From Mobula hypostoma (Eukaryota): 64,000 nucleotides of DNA. The first letter of the stretch is position 1. The number at the start of each line of letters is the position of its first letter. This document shows, in pieces, positions 37,130-49,929 of this stretch. The notes beneath the pieces are model-generated. The model was not told where the DNA came from. It did not search any database and saw only the letters and a list, made by a program, of their open reading frames with translations. The translations under genes were made by a program, and so were the position numbers. Location: assembly GCF_963921235.1 (NCBI RefSeq), contig NC_086097.1, forward strand, positions 166,286,001 through 166,350,000, written 5' to 3'.

Positions 37130-38850
37130 ACATCTAAACTGATCTTAGTTGCACATATTAGACCCGTATCTTTCTATGCCTTGAGTACCTATCTAAAAGA
37201 CTCTTAAATGCAGTGATTGTATCTGACTCAACCAACTATTCTGGCAACAAGTTCCAGATATCAGCAACACTCTGTAGAAAGTTTCACTTCAGAGTCCAGT
37301 TAAAATTCCTTCCTCTCACCTTAAACCTTTGCCCTCTTGCTTTTGATACTTCATGTTATAGGAAACATTCTGACTACCTACCCAAACTATGCCTCTTTCA
37401 ATTTTTTAACCTTTATCATCCTTTTTTATTCCAGAGGAAAATAGCTCAACCTATCAGATCTTTCTGTATAGCTTACAGTATGTTCGCCATTCTGGGAAAC
37501 ATCCTGGAAAATCTTCTCTGTACTCTCTCCAGCACAACCAAAACTCCATCTGAAGACTAACAACCAACTTAACATCCCAATTTATATGCCAATATATCAA
37601 ATATACCTTCCTTCTTCACCATTCTATCCACCTGTGTTTCAAATTTCAGGAAACTACGGATGTGAATGCCAAGGTCTTTCTGTTTATCAGCGTCCCTTAG
37701 CTTCATACCATTTATTGTATATATTTTACCCCTTTTGACGTCCCAAAATGCATTGTCTCTCACAGGTTGCAATTAAGTTCCATCTACCAACACTCTGCCC
37801 AACCCCCCCCCCCCGACTCATATCCCGCTATAGCTTCAGACAATGTTCCTTGCTACTCATGCCAACAACCTTCATGTCATAAAGTACCACAGCACAGAAT
37901 TAGAAACTCTGGTCCACCTAGTTCATGCAGACCTGATCTTCTGACTGGTCCCATCTACCTGCATCCAGACCATATCCCTCAAACCCCTCCCATGCATATA
38001 CTGAATATATGCAAACTTCTCTTCAATGTTACTATTGAATGAGCTGGCTGCTCATTCGCCATGGCTCTCAGAGTGAAGAAGTTTCCCCTCAGATTTCCCT
38101 TAAATATTTTACCTTTCACCCTAAATCTATTTCTGGTCTCATCTAACCTGAGAGTCAAAAAGCCTGTATGCATTCACCCTATGTATACCACTCATAATCT
38201 GGTATATATTTATAAGATCCCCCCTCATTCTCCTGCTTTCTAGAGAATAATATCTTAATCAATTCAACATTTCCCTATAAGCCAGGTCCTTAAGTCCCAG
38301 ACACACCCATTAAATTTTTCTGTCACCTGCAGATTGACTAATTACACTAATTATAATTTGCCAATAATTAATGTATTAGCATCCAATTTGTTAATATGTA
38401 CTGTATCACAAACAACAAGGGTCCTAGCACTAATCCTTATGGTATAGTTCTGTTCATGGATTACCAATAAAAAATGCATTCTTTCACCACTAACTCTGAC
38501 CTCCGATCAGCAAGTCAATCTTATACAAAATTAGCTAGCAGAGGTAAATTGGACAACTACAGGCTGGCGAGCCTTTCATTTGTGATATGGAAGTTATTAG
38601 ATAAAATGTTCAGAGTTACGATTTAAGAGGTCAGTGGTAGTCAACATACCTTTGTAAGGGGAAAATCCTGCCTTTTTAATTCAAATGAGTTTCTTTTTGA
38701 TCAGGTGACAAAGAATACTGATGAAGTCAGCAGTAGTCATTGTCTATTTGGACTTAAGTAAAGCAATTCACAAGGTCCTGCATGGCAAACTGGGCCTGAA
38801 GTTTAAGGCACATGGGATACAAGATGAGCTGGTAGTGCAAGAGGTGGTCT
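37130..38850. mobile_element. Cluster of old CR1 fragments (mostly minus; plus piece ~38600-38850)
   Basis: ORFs 37569..37772 (QKDLGIHI..QVDRMVKK) and 37979..38173 (RFRVKGKIFKGNLRGNFFT). Confidence 0.7.
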
Positions 38851-38859
38851 ATAGTGTTC

Positions 38860-39745
38860 TGCTGCTGAGATAGGAAATGGGAATGTACAAGTCAGTTATA
38901 GGAAAAGTAGCTGTTCTTGAACCCAGTGTTGTGGGACTTTAGGCTTCTGTACCTCCTGTCTGATGGTATCAGCAAAAGGGCAGGACTTGGATAATGCAGA
39001 TTATAATGATAGAAGTCGCCTTCTTGAGCCAACGTCTCTGTAGATGCTGCCAATGTTGGAGAGGGTTGTACCCATAATTGGCTTTATTGTATCCACCACT
39101 ATTTGCTGTCTCTTGTTAGCTTCTATGTTGGGATTGTCATAACAGATCCTTATGCAGCCAGTCAGGACACTTTGAACAATGCATCAGAAGTATATTAGAG
39201 TATTTGATAATGTGCTGAACCTCATTAAGCTTCTAAGGAAGTAGGAGTGCTGATTGGCAATGAGATAAACAATGTTGAAGTGGTATCATTCAGCAGCAGT
39301 ATTCCCGTACAACTGGTATTGGAGTTGAGTTGGTTTGTTATTGTCACATGTACTGAGATACAGTGTAAAGCTTTTCTTATATACTGTTCATACAGATCAA
39401 ATCATTACGCAGTTCATTGAGGTAGATTAAGGTGAAACAATAACAATGCAGTTAAACAATGAAGTGTGAAATCATGATGAGTTATGTATATTGTGAGGTC
39501 AAGAGTTCATCTTATCATATAAGGGAACCTTTTAATAGTCTTATAACAGTGTGGTAGAAGTTGTCTTTGTGCCTGGTGGTATGTGCTTTAAGACTTTTAT
39601 ATCTTCTGCCCAATTGAAGAGGAGAAAAGAGAAAATGTCCTGGGTCTGTGGGGTCTTTGGTTATGCTGGTTGCTTTACTGAGGCAACAGGAAGAATAGAC
39701 AGCCAATGTGGAGTTTCTGTGATGTGCTGAGCTCTGTCCACAACT
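38860..39745 (-). mobile_element. Two Rex1/Babar-like 3' fragments
   Basis: KATSITKDPTDPGHFLFSPLQLGRRYKSLKAHTTRHKDNFY in ORF 39515..39748. Confidence 0.7.
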
Positions 39746-41362
39746 CAAGCTAAAACTTAGGGGGAATTTAGAAGAGATAATGTAAATTATCCTGTTTTGG
39801 TCATATGCTCCTCTGTTAAATATCTCTCCTGTTTATTTCCATTGACCATTGAAAATGAGAAGCAGGAGAGGGTGTCTGAAAGGCAACGGAACAGTATTTT
39901 AAACTGTTGGAGAAAATTGAAATTACTCCCAGTGTGCAATTGTGATTGATGATGGCTAGCAGTGAGTGTTCTGGATCATATCACCAGACAAAAATATTGC
40001 AAGATGTTTTTGACAACATCAATGTCCCTTCAGCAGCCATCAAATTGTTGAAGCATTTCATTCCTGGGTTCCAGATGGCTCTGAGACAAATCTTATTACA
40101 TTTCTGTTTTGCTTTTCATTCCACTTTGTACTGCTGTCCCGTGCCAACTTAGCTATAAATTGAGACAGTCTATATTTATTTCACTTAGGATCCCTTGCAG
40201 CCTTTCGGAGAGTGTCCACTTGTGAGAGATAACTGAGTTGAAGGTGGAGCTGTTTAGAATTGATGCAGATTTTTAAAAAGATAAACAGCAACATGAAACT
40301 ACCTAAATATTTAGGAGTTCAAGTTAACTGTGTTGTGTTACTGAGAAATCTGATACTGAAAGAATTAAATACAATAATTAAATTTTTAGCACTTTAATTT
40401 GAGCACTTCTGAGCATCCTTTAACTAAGGTCTTTTGAAGAGTACAATCCATCTTGCTGACTCGAGATAATCTACCTTGCATTGATGGGATATAGGGGGAG
40501 GTTGAAATTCCTCTTTTAGCAAAAAAGGGAGAATATCTGCTTTTCCTCAAAATTAATGCACCACTAATGGAATTGGCTTTGCAGAAATCACATATTTTGT
40601 ATCTGCTTTTTTTCAGAACCTCCTTAGTGAGGGCATTAGGTACTGAAGGGTCTCCTGTGATTCACTGAAAGAAAAATTTTGTCCATGTGGCACTACTCCA
40701 AGCTAACAATCTGTTCAGCGAGCTTTATATTTTCTCTAAGATTTCTGGCAATAATTTTACTAATAAAATAGATCCTGCTGCTGACTATTTTATGGGACTA
40801 CATTTTACTTCAAGAGATGGGATTGAGTGTACTGCAAAAGCAGGAAACTGAGGTTGAGATCAATCAAAATGGTCTAGCCAGTTAAGTTAAATACATCTTC
40901 CTAAACTTGTGTTTCTAATTCCTCAAATTTCTTTATAAATCAAGCAACCATATAGAACAAGAGCATTCTTTGAGAAAACTATTCGGGGAGTAAGTATGAG
41001 TGATATTTATTAGCTATTAAAATTGTTTCATAAGGTGGTGAAAGTCATGTTATAAATGTTGGCGTATTCCTTTTATGCAAGTTATGCAACAACAACTTGC
41101 ACTTATCCAAAGTTTTTAATGCAGAAAGAATCCCAAAGTGATTCAGGACATGGCAGTAGATGCTGGTCAGCAAGGAGGATGTGGCAAGATGAATAACAAA
41201 TGGTCAGGGACAAGTTTTGTGTGAAAGGTTTTTGAGGGGGGTACTTAGTAGATGCTAAGTTGTTGAGATATAAGCAAAGAGGTTGGATAATGACTCATAC
41301 TTCTGCCATCTATGAAAGGAGTCAGGGAGTCAAAGCTAGAAATGTTCAGAAGAAAAGGTAAT

Positions 41363-42427
41363 ATAGACATAGACATAGAATAGTACAGCACAGTACAAGC
41401 CCTTTGGCCTACAATGTTGTGCCGACCCTCAAACCCTGCCTCCCATATAAGCCCTCAACTTAAATTCCTCCATATACCTGTCTAGTAGTCTCTTAAACTT
41501 CACGAGTGTATCTGCCTCCACCACTGACTCAGGCAGTGCATTCCACGCACCAACCACTCTCTGAGCAAAAAAACCTTCCTCTAATATCCCCCTTGAACTT
41601 CCCACCCCTTACCTTAAAGCCATGTCCTCTTGTATTGAGCAGTGGTGCCCTGGAAAAGAGGCGTTAGCTATCTACTCTATCTATTCCTCTTATTGTCTTG
41701 TACACCTCTCTCATGTCTCCTCTCATCCTCCTTCTCTCCAAAGAGTAAAGCCCTAGCTCTCTTAATCTCTGATCATAATCCATACCCTCTAAACCAGGCA
41801 GCATCCTGGTAAATCTCCTCTGTACCCTTTCCAATGCTTCCACATCCTTCCTATAGTGAGGTGACCAGAACTGAACACAGTACTCCAAGAGTGGCCTAAC
41901 CAGAGTTTTATAGAGCTGCATCATTACATCGCGACTCTTAAATTCGATCCCTTGAGTTATGAAAGCTAACACCCCATAAGCTTTCTTAACTACCCTATCC
42001 ACCTGTGAGGCAACTTTCAGGGATCTGTGGACATGTACCCCCAGATCCCTCTGCTCCTCCACACTACCAAGTATCCTGCCATTTACTTTGTACTCTGCCT
42101 TGGAGTTTGTCCTTCCAAAGTGTACCACCTCACACTTCTCCAGGTTGAACTCCATCTGCCACTTCTCAGCTCACTCCTGCATCCTATCAATGTCTCTCTG
42201 CAATCTTCAACAATCCTCTACACTATCCACCACACCACCAATCTTTGTGTCGTCTGCAAACTTGCCAACCTACCCCTCTACCCCCCCATTCAGGTCATTA
42301 ATAAAAACCATGAAGAGCAGAGGTCCCAGAACCGATCCTTGTGGGACACCACTAGTCACAATCCTCCAATCTGAATGTACTCCCTCCACCACCACCCTCT
42401 GCCTTCTGCAGGCAAGCCAATTCTGAA
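41363..42427 (-). mobile_element. 5'-truncated CR1, same subfamily as 11800-15760
   Basis: Near-identical to 11800-12825; RT C-terminal ORF 41664..42155. Confidence 0.95.
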
Positions 42428-42864
42428 AAGAATATGTCTTGCTGGGGGCATAGAACTCGAGGAAGTGAAGCTGCAGAGGCAGAGTAACGTGAGCCATTAA
42501 TTCGATTTGTAAATCAAGATGGACATTTGGCACGTGTATAAAGACAATTATGTTGTTATGTAAAGTTATAGCTTGAAGAGGCAAGAACTCTAGTGTCAAA
42601 AGAGTTCAGCCACAGGCAATACAAGAGGTGAAAGTGAATGCACAGTCAAAAGAAAAAGGATCCATAAGACAAGAGCCAGATCCTAGTGTGTGGAACAAAA
42701 TTGGTAATAATAAAAAAATTGAAATGAAACATAGAATTATCAAAATCAGTGGGAAAATATTACAACTAAATTAGAAATGAGTTGCTCATGTGGACTTCTG
42801 GAAATTAGTGAAGATACCATAAATATGGTTAACATTATTTCGAGGCTAATTATTTTCAAAGCTT

Positions 42865-43049
42865 GTGAACGCAGCAGGCCAGGCAGCATCTCTAGGAAGA
42901 GGTACAGTCGACGTTTCAGGCCAAGCCCCTTCAGGCCTGAAACGTTGACTGTACCACTTCCTAGAGATGCTGCCTGGCCTGCTGCGTTCACCAGCAACTT
43001 TGATGTGTGTTGCTTGAATTTCCAGCATCTGCAGAATTCCTGTTGTTTG
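42865..43049 (+). mobile_element. Penelope terminal fragment with 5' inversion (hairpin)
   Basis: 58-bp inverted arms 42865-42922/42934-42991 with 2 mismatches; 14-bp TSD TATTTTCAAAGCTT (42851-42864/43050-43063). Confidence 0.85.
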
Positions 43050-44554
43050 TATTTTCAAAGCTTCTCAGGTTGCTAATTTGTGACTACAAAGGAAGTGCAA
43101 GTTTTGAGGCTTGGGTCCCAACTACTCACAGTCCATATCAAAGATTTGGCTGAAGGGTTATATTTCCCACTTTGCCAATGATACCAGATTAGATGGGCTG
43201 TGAGTAGTGAGGATGCTTCAAGAAGATAACAATCTAAATTTTGAGGTTATCCGCTTCAATGCACAAAAGAGGAAAGCAGAGTATTTTTAATGGTGGTATT
43301 TTAATAAATATTAATGCTCAAAAGGACCTGATGTCCTTGTATTGTGATGGTTTTGAGCTTGCCGACTACGAAGGTCTAAACTCAAATGAAGACTTTATGA
43401 CCTATCAGATATATATAGCCATGGGTACTCCTACTAAAGGGAGATTACTCTGTAACTACCCAATCTTCAAGGACTAGTTTACTTCCCTGTTTATTCTCCA
43501 CAGTGAGTTTAGCTGCCAATACCCACTACTTGAGCTGTGGGTGCCCTCTCCCTACCAAGGAGAAGATACCTTGAGCTAACAAAATAGTTTAAAACACAGT
43601 TCATTTATTTACAGTGAAACACATTTAAATCCACACAGCACTCTTAAAACACATTCAAGCCTCAGAGGATTTTTTATCTTAAACATTTCCCAGTTACAAA
43701 TCTTTTCTAAAATACAAACCATTTCCAAAACACAAAGCACAAAGCAGTTCTCAAACATAAAGGATTAAGGATTTCCAAAACACAGGTACAATTGCTATAA
43801 ATTAAAAAGACATACCAAAGATGCAAACAAACAAGTTGTTCATCACAGAAACCGAAGCTAGAGGAATGGTTTCTAGTTCTTGCATGTTTCTTGAAGTTCC
43901 TTACCCCATATTTAATATGCCTGAACTGCTTTCTACATTTACACACTTTCCAACCACTTGGGTGACTTCACAAGCATGTGATATTTCCTCAGATATCCTA
44001 TTAACATAAACAGTTTAAAATCATTTTTTGAGAAATGGATATTAGCTAGCTACCATTAATGATGTTAAGCTAACTTCTGAGTACATAAACCTTTCAACTA
44101 TAAACAAGTTAGTTATTGATATGCTAAATAATATTAACCATCTATTCTGAAAGCTTCCTTGAACAAAGCAACTTAAGAGTCAGCTTGTCTTTTTGAAACA
44201 AAGCATTGTTTTGTACTTTACTCTTGAGCAAAAGTAAAGCAGGACAAGTGACTCTTTCCAGACAGATGCCTTCAAAATACAGAGCCTATTGCAATGTATT
44301 GTTCAGAAAATACTTGCTTTGACCTCAGCAGATTAGTGTTTTCCATTTACATTTCAAGAACTGAAGACTGACTCCCTTTTACAACCAGAAGTCAAACAAC
44401 TGTTAGTTGGAAGTTTACTTGCAACTCTTTATGATTTTGCAAGTGGCAGATGCTGTATTTAGAAAGCAGGCTTAGCAAACATAAGATTGAAGTGAATATC
44501 TATCGCAGTTTTCAATTCATTGAAACATAACAAGCAGGAGGAACAAAAAACAAT

Positions 44555-45825
44555 CCACTGCAGTGAAGTGCTTTGAGACGTTGGTGGTGAAATATATTAA
44601 CTTCTGCCTGAGAAGCACCTGGATCTGCTTCAGTTTATCTACTGGCACAACACGTCCACAGCAAATGCCGTTTCATTGGATCTTCACTCAACTCTGCAAT
44701 ATCTGAGCAGAAAAGATGCATAGATCAGGATGCTCTTTATTGACTACAGCTCGGCATTCAATGCTGTCAACCCCTCAAAATAATCAACAAGCTCCAATAC
44801 ATCGGCCTCAATAGTGCCTTGTGCAATTAGGTCCTCAATTTCTTCACTTGCAGACTCCAGTCAGTTCAGATTGGCAACAGCATCTCCTCCACAATCTCCA
44901 TCAGCACACGTGCACCACAAGGTTCTGCGCTTAGCCCCCTGCTCTACGCGCTTCATACTTATGACTGCGAGGCTAAGCACAGCTTCAAAGCCATATTTAA
45001 GTTTGTAGATGACGCCATTGTCATTGGCTGAAACAAAGGTGTTGTTGAATCAGCACATAGAAGGAAGATTCACATCTGGCCAAGTGGCACCATAACAGCG
45101 AATTCTCACTCAATGTTGCCAAGACTAAGGAGCTGATTATTGACTTCAGGAAGAGGAAGCCAGAGGTCCATGATCCAGTCCTCATTGGGGGATTAGAGGC
45201 GGAGAGGGTCAGCAACTTTAAAATCCTCAGAGTTATCATCTCAAAGGATCTGTTCTGGGCCCAGCATGTTAGTGCAATTATGAAGAAAGCACGGCAGCAC
45301 CTCCTCTTAGAAGTTTGTGAAGATTTGGCATGATCTCTAAAACTCTGATCAACTTCTATAGCCGTGTAATGGAGAGTATATTGACTGATTACATCATAGC
45401 CTGGTATGGAAACACCAATGCCCTTAAATGGAAAATCCAACAAAGAGTAGTGGATACGGCCCTGTCCATCATGGGTAAAACCCTCCCCATCATTGAGTGC
45501 ACATACATGGAGCATTATTGCAGGAAAGCAGCATCCATCATCGAGGTCCCCCACCACCCAGGATGTGCTCTCCTCTTGCTCCTGCCGTCGGGAAGAAAGT
45601 ACAGGACCCTTAGAAAGCACACCACCAGTTTCAGGAACAGTTGCTACACCTCACCTGTCAGGCTCTTCAACCAGTAAGTATAACTGCACTTAACTTCACC
45701 CGCCCCTTCACTGAACTGTTCCCTCAACATATGGACTCACTTTCAAGGACTCTTCATCTTATATTCTTGATATTTATTGTTTATTTATTTATTATTATTT
45801 TTTTTTTCTTTTGTATTGCACAGTG
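44555..45825 (+). mobile_element. Rex1/Babar-like LINE RT fragment
   Basis: RMLFIDYSSAFN, KFVDD, TKELIIDFRK, LINFYSRVMESILTDYIIAWYGN, LLPSGRKYR. Confidence 0.85.
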
Positions 45826-45829
45826 AAGT

Positions 45830-46590
45830 GAGAGGGTGAACAGCCAGACGTCATGGTCCATGTAGTACCAATGACCTGGGCAGGACAAGTGATGAGGTTT
45901 TGCATAGGGAGTTAGATGCTAAGCTAAAGGGCAGAACCTCCAGGATTGTGATGTTAGGATTGCTACTTGTGCCATGTGCTAGTGAGGCTAGAACTAGGAA
46001 GATTATACAGTTAAATGTGGTTAAGGATTTGGTGTAGGAGGAAGGGCATGAGATTTTTAGATCATTGGGCTCTCTTCCAGGGAAGGTGGGACCTGTACAG
46101 AAGGGACAGTTTGCTCCTAGACTAGAAGGGGACTAATATCTTAGTGGGAAGATTTGCTGGTACTGCATGGGAGGAGAGGGGATGTGGGGAGGGAAGGGGA
46201 GGGGTTTCACCTATAATTGCAGGGGGGGGGGTGAGAACCAGAGTGCCAGAACAGATAATGGAGTGGTTGTGGAGATAAATGTTAAGACCTCAGACAAAGT
46301 TAGGAATCAAAGGGTTGAGCGTGGATGCACTAATGTGCTAAGATGCATCTATTTCAATGTAAGAAGTATTGTAGGGAAGGCAGATGAGCTCAGAGCATGA
46401 ATCAACACATGGAATTACAGTATGCCATTGGCGAGACTTAGTTGCAGGAAGGGCAGGACTGGCAGCTCAACATTCTGTGGTTCCATTGCTTTAGACATGA
46501 TAGACAGGGAGGGAATAAAGGGCAGGGGTTGTGCTACTTGTCAGGGAAAATGTCACAGCAGTGCTGAGGCAGGACAGGCTGGAGAACTCT
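45830..46590 (+). mobile_element. CR1 fragment, ORF1 end plus ORF2 start (type A)
   Basis: Esterase C-terminal remnants, then NQSARTD..KTSDKVRNQ..CIYFNVRSIVGKADELRA continuing into the endonuclease. Confidence 0.8.
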
Positions 46591-46922
46591 TCTACTGGTG
46601 TAGGAGGGAAGGCATAAGATTTTTGGATCATTGGGCTCTCTTCTAGGGAATGTGGGTCCTGTACAGAGGGATAATTTGCACCTGAACTGGACAGGGACTA
46701 ATATTCTAGTGGGAATGTTTGTTAATGCTGTACAGCGGGGTTTAAACTAGAGTTGCGGGGGATGGGAACCGGAGTGCCAGAGCAGTTAGTGAAGAGTTTG
46801 TGGAAATAGGTATTGGTAAGACCTCAGACAAAGTTAGGAATCAAAGTGATGAGCATGGTGTGACTAGTGTCCTGAGCTGCCTATATATCAATGCAAGAAG
46901 TATCTTAGGAAAGGTGCATCAT

Positions 46923-47434
46923 AATGCTTTATACTTTATTGTCGCCAAACAATTGGTACTAGAACGTGCAATCATCACAGCGATATTTGATTCTGCGCTC
47001 CACACTCCCTGGATTACAAATATTAAATAATAAAGATAATAAAAATCAGTTAAAATTAGCAAATATTAAACATTTAAATTATTAATCGAAAATAGAAAAA
47101 TGGGAAGTAGGGTAGTGCAGAAAAACCGAGAGGCAGGTTCGGATATTTGGAGGGTACGGCCCAGATCCAGGTCAGGATCCATTCAGCAGTCTTATCACAG
47201 TTGGAAAGAAGTTGTTCCCAAATCTGGCCGTACGAGTCTTCAAGCTCCTGAACCTTCTCCCGGAGGGAAGAGAGACAAAAAGTCTGTTGGATGGGTGGGT
47301 TATGTCCTTGATTATCCTGGCAGCACTGCTCCGACAGCGTGCGTTGTAAAGTGAGTCCAAGGACAGAAGATTGGTTTGTGTGATGTGCTGCGCCGTGTTC
47401 ACGATCTTCTGCAGCTTCTTTCGGTCTTGGATAA
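46923..47434 (-). mobile_element. Young Rex1/Babar-like LINE 3' end
   Basis: DRKKLQKIVNTAQHI..IIKDITHPSNRLFVSLPSGRRFRSLKTRTARFGNNFFPTVIRLLN; TSD CATCAT (46917-46922/47435-47440). Confidence 0.85.
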
Positions 47435-49340
47435 CATCATGCTGCTGAAGATGAGGTAGCTGGTTTACAAACAGAGGCAATGTGTCGTGAGTAGAGGCTA
47501 GGGCAACACTGCAGTCAATAGGATGAGATACAATGTAAAGGAGGACAAAAGCAGGACCAAAGGTGCTATATTTGAATGCGCACATTATACAGAATACAGT
47601 AGATGAACTTGCAGCACAGTTGCAGATTGGCAGGTATAACGTTGTAGGCATCACTGAATCATGGTTGAAAGATTATAGCTGAGAGTTTAATGTCCCACGA
47701 TAGACATTGTATCAAAAGGGAATGCAGGAAGGCAGAGGGGGTAGCGTTGCTCTGTTGGTAAAAAGGGAACCAAATCATTAGAAAGAGGTGACATAGGGTC
47801 AGAAGGTTTAGAATCATTGTGGATAGAGCTAAGGAACTGCAAGAGTAAAAAGATGGGGGTTGTCTACAGACCCCCAAACAGTAGTAAGGATGTGACCGAT
47901 AAATTACAACAGGAGATAGGAAATTTATGTCAAAAGGGCAATGTTACAATAGCCATGGAGGTCTTCAGTATGAAGGTAGATTGGGAAAATCAGGCTGGTG
48001 CTGCATTACAGGAGGGGGAGTTTCTGGAGTGCCTATGAGATGGATTTTTAGAGCAGCCCAATAGAGGATCAGCTATTCTGGACTGGGTGTTGAGGAATGA
48101 AATGGAGTTTATGAGAGAGCTTAAGGCCAAAGAACCCTTAGGGGTAAGTGATCACAATATGATTGAATTCACCCTGAAATTTGAGAAGGAGAAGCTGAAG
48201 TCAGATGTATCAGTATTACGGTGGAGTGAAGGGGAGTGGAGAGGAGTTGGCCAGAATTGATTGGAAAAGAATACTGTCAGGATGATGGCACAGCAGCAAA
48301 GGCCAGAAGCTCTGGAAGCAATTCAGAAGGTACAGGATACAGAATATACATCCCAAAGAGGAATAAGTATTCTAAAGGAAAGACAACACAACCGTGGCTA
48401 ACAAAAGTTAAAGCAAACATAAAAACCAAAGAGAGGGCATATAAAAGAGCAAATGTTTGAGAGAAGTTAAGAAGCTATTAAAAGCCAACAGAAGGCAAAT
48501 AAAAAAGTCATTAAGAAGGTAAAGGTGGAATATGAAAGTAAGCTAGCCAATAATATTAAAGAGAATACCAAAGGTTTCTTCAGATGCATAAAGTGTAAAA
48601 GAAGGGTAAGAGGGGATATTGGACTGGTGGAAAATGATGCTGGAGAAGTAGTAATGGGGGACAAGGAAATTGCAGATGAACTTAATAAATATTTTACTTC
48701 AGTCTTCACTATGGAATACATTAGCTGTATGATGGAAGTTCCAGGTGTCAGGACATAAAGTGTGTGAAATTTCCATTACTAGAGAGAAGTTTCTTGGGAA
48801 ACTGAAAGGTGTGAAGGCAGATAAATCACCCGGATGGTGTACACCCCAGGATTCTGAAAGAGGTGGCTGAAGAGGAATTAGTAATGATCTTTCAAGAATC
48901 ACTGGATTCTGGAATGTTTCTGGAAGACTGGAAAATTACAAACGTCGTTCTACTTTTTAAGAAGGGATTATTAAGGTCTCAGGGTACTTGGAAGCACATG
49001 ATAAAATGGGCCATAGGCAGCATGGTTTCCTCAATGGAAAATCTTGCCTGACAAATCTGTTTGAATTCTTTGAAGAAATAACAAGCAGAATAGACAAAGG
49101 AGAATCATTTGATGTTGTGTACTTGGATTTTCAGAAGGCCTTTGACAAGGTGTCACAGATGAGGCTACTCAACAAGCTACGAGCCCATGGTATTACAGGA
49201 AAGGTCCTAGCATGGATAAAGCCGTAGCTGATTGGCAGAAGGCAAAGAGTGGGAATGAAGGGAGCCTTATCTGACTGGCTGACGGTGACTGGTGGTGTTT
49301 CACAGGGGTCTGTGTTAGGACCGATTTTTTTTATGTTATA

Positions 49341-49929
49341 CAAGGGGTGATTGATATGTTTGTGGCCTAAGGTAGAAGGAGTCAATTTTAGAAAACCTAG
49401 CACATTTATTTTTCGACATAGTCCCCTCCTACATTTACACACTTAGTCCAGCAGTCGTGAAGCATATAGATCTTGGACCTCCAGAAAGTGTCCACAGATG
49501 AATGATTGATGTTCATGGCCCAAAGTAGAAGGAGATGAGTTATACAGCTCTTGTTACATGCACATGCAGGTAAACTCTTTGACTGATTATGCAGAACGTT
49601 TGAAGTTAATAACTCATCTCCTCCCTCAGGCCACGAACTTATTAATCACCCCTGATGAGTTATTAACTTCAAACTTTCTGCATAATCAGTCAAAGAGTTG
49701 AACTGCATGTGCATGTAATGAGAGCTAACTCATCTCCTTCTACCTTAGGTCACAAACTTATCAATCACCCCTGCTGTGGGCGCTTTCTGGAGGTCCAAGA
49801 TCCATGTGCTTCACGACTGCTGGACTAAGTGTGTAAATGTAGGAGGGGACTATGTCGAAAAATAAATGTACTGGGTTTTCTAAAATTGACTCCTTCTACC
49901 TTGGCCACGAACTTATCAATCACCCCTCG
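49341..49929. mobile_element. Palindromic mariner-derived MITE
   Basis: TA TSD on both sides; TIR C(G/A)AGGGGTGATTGATA; arms of ~280 bp; each arm carries the mariner transposase C-terminus (WTKCVNVGGDYVEK*, 49821-49865). Confidence 0.92.

Noticed and set aside
43343..44550. Possible fourth solo LTR starting TGTGATGG inside an old CR1
   Set aside because: No CA end with a matching GTAT TSD could be found; left unannotated.
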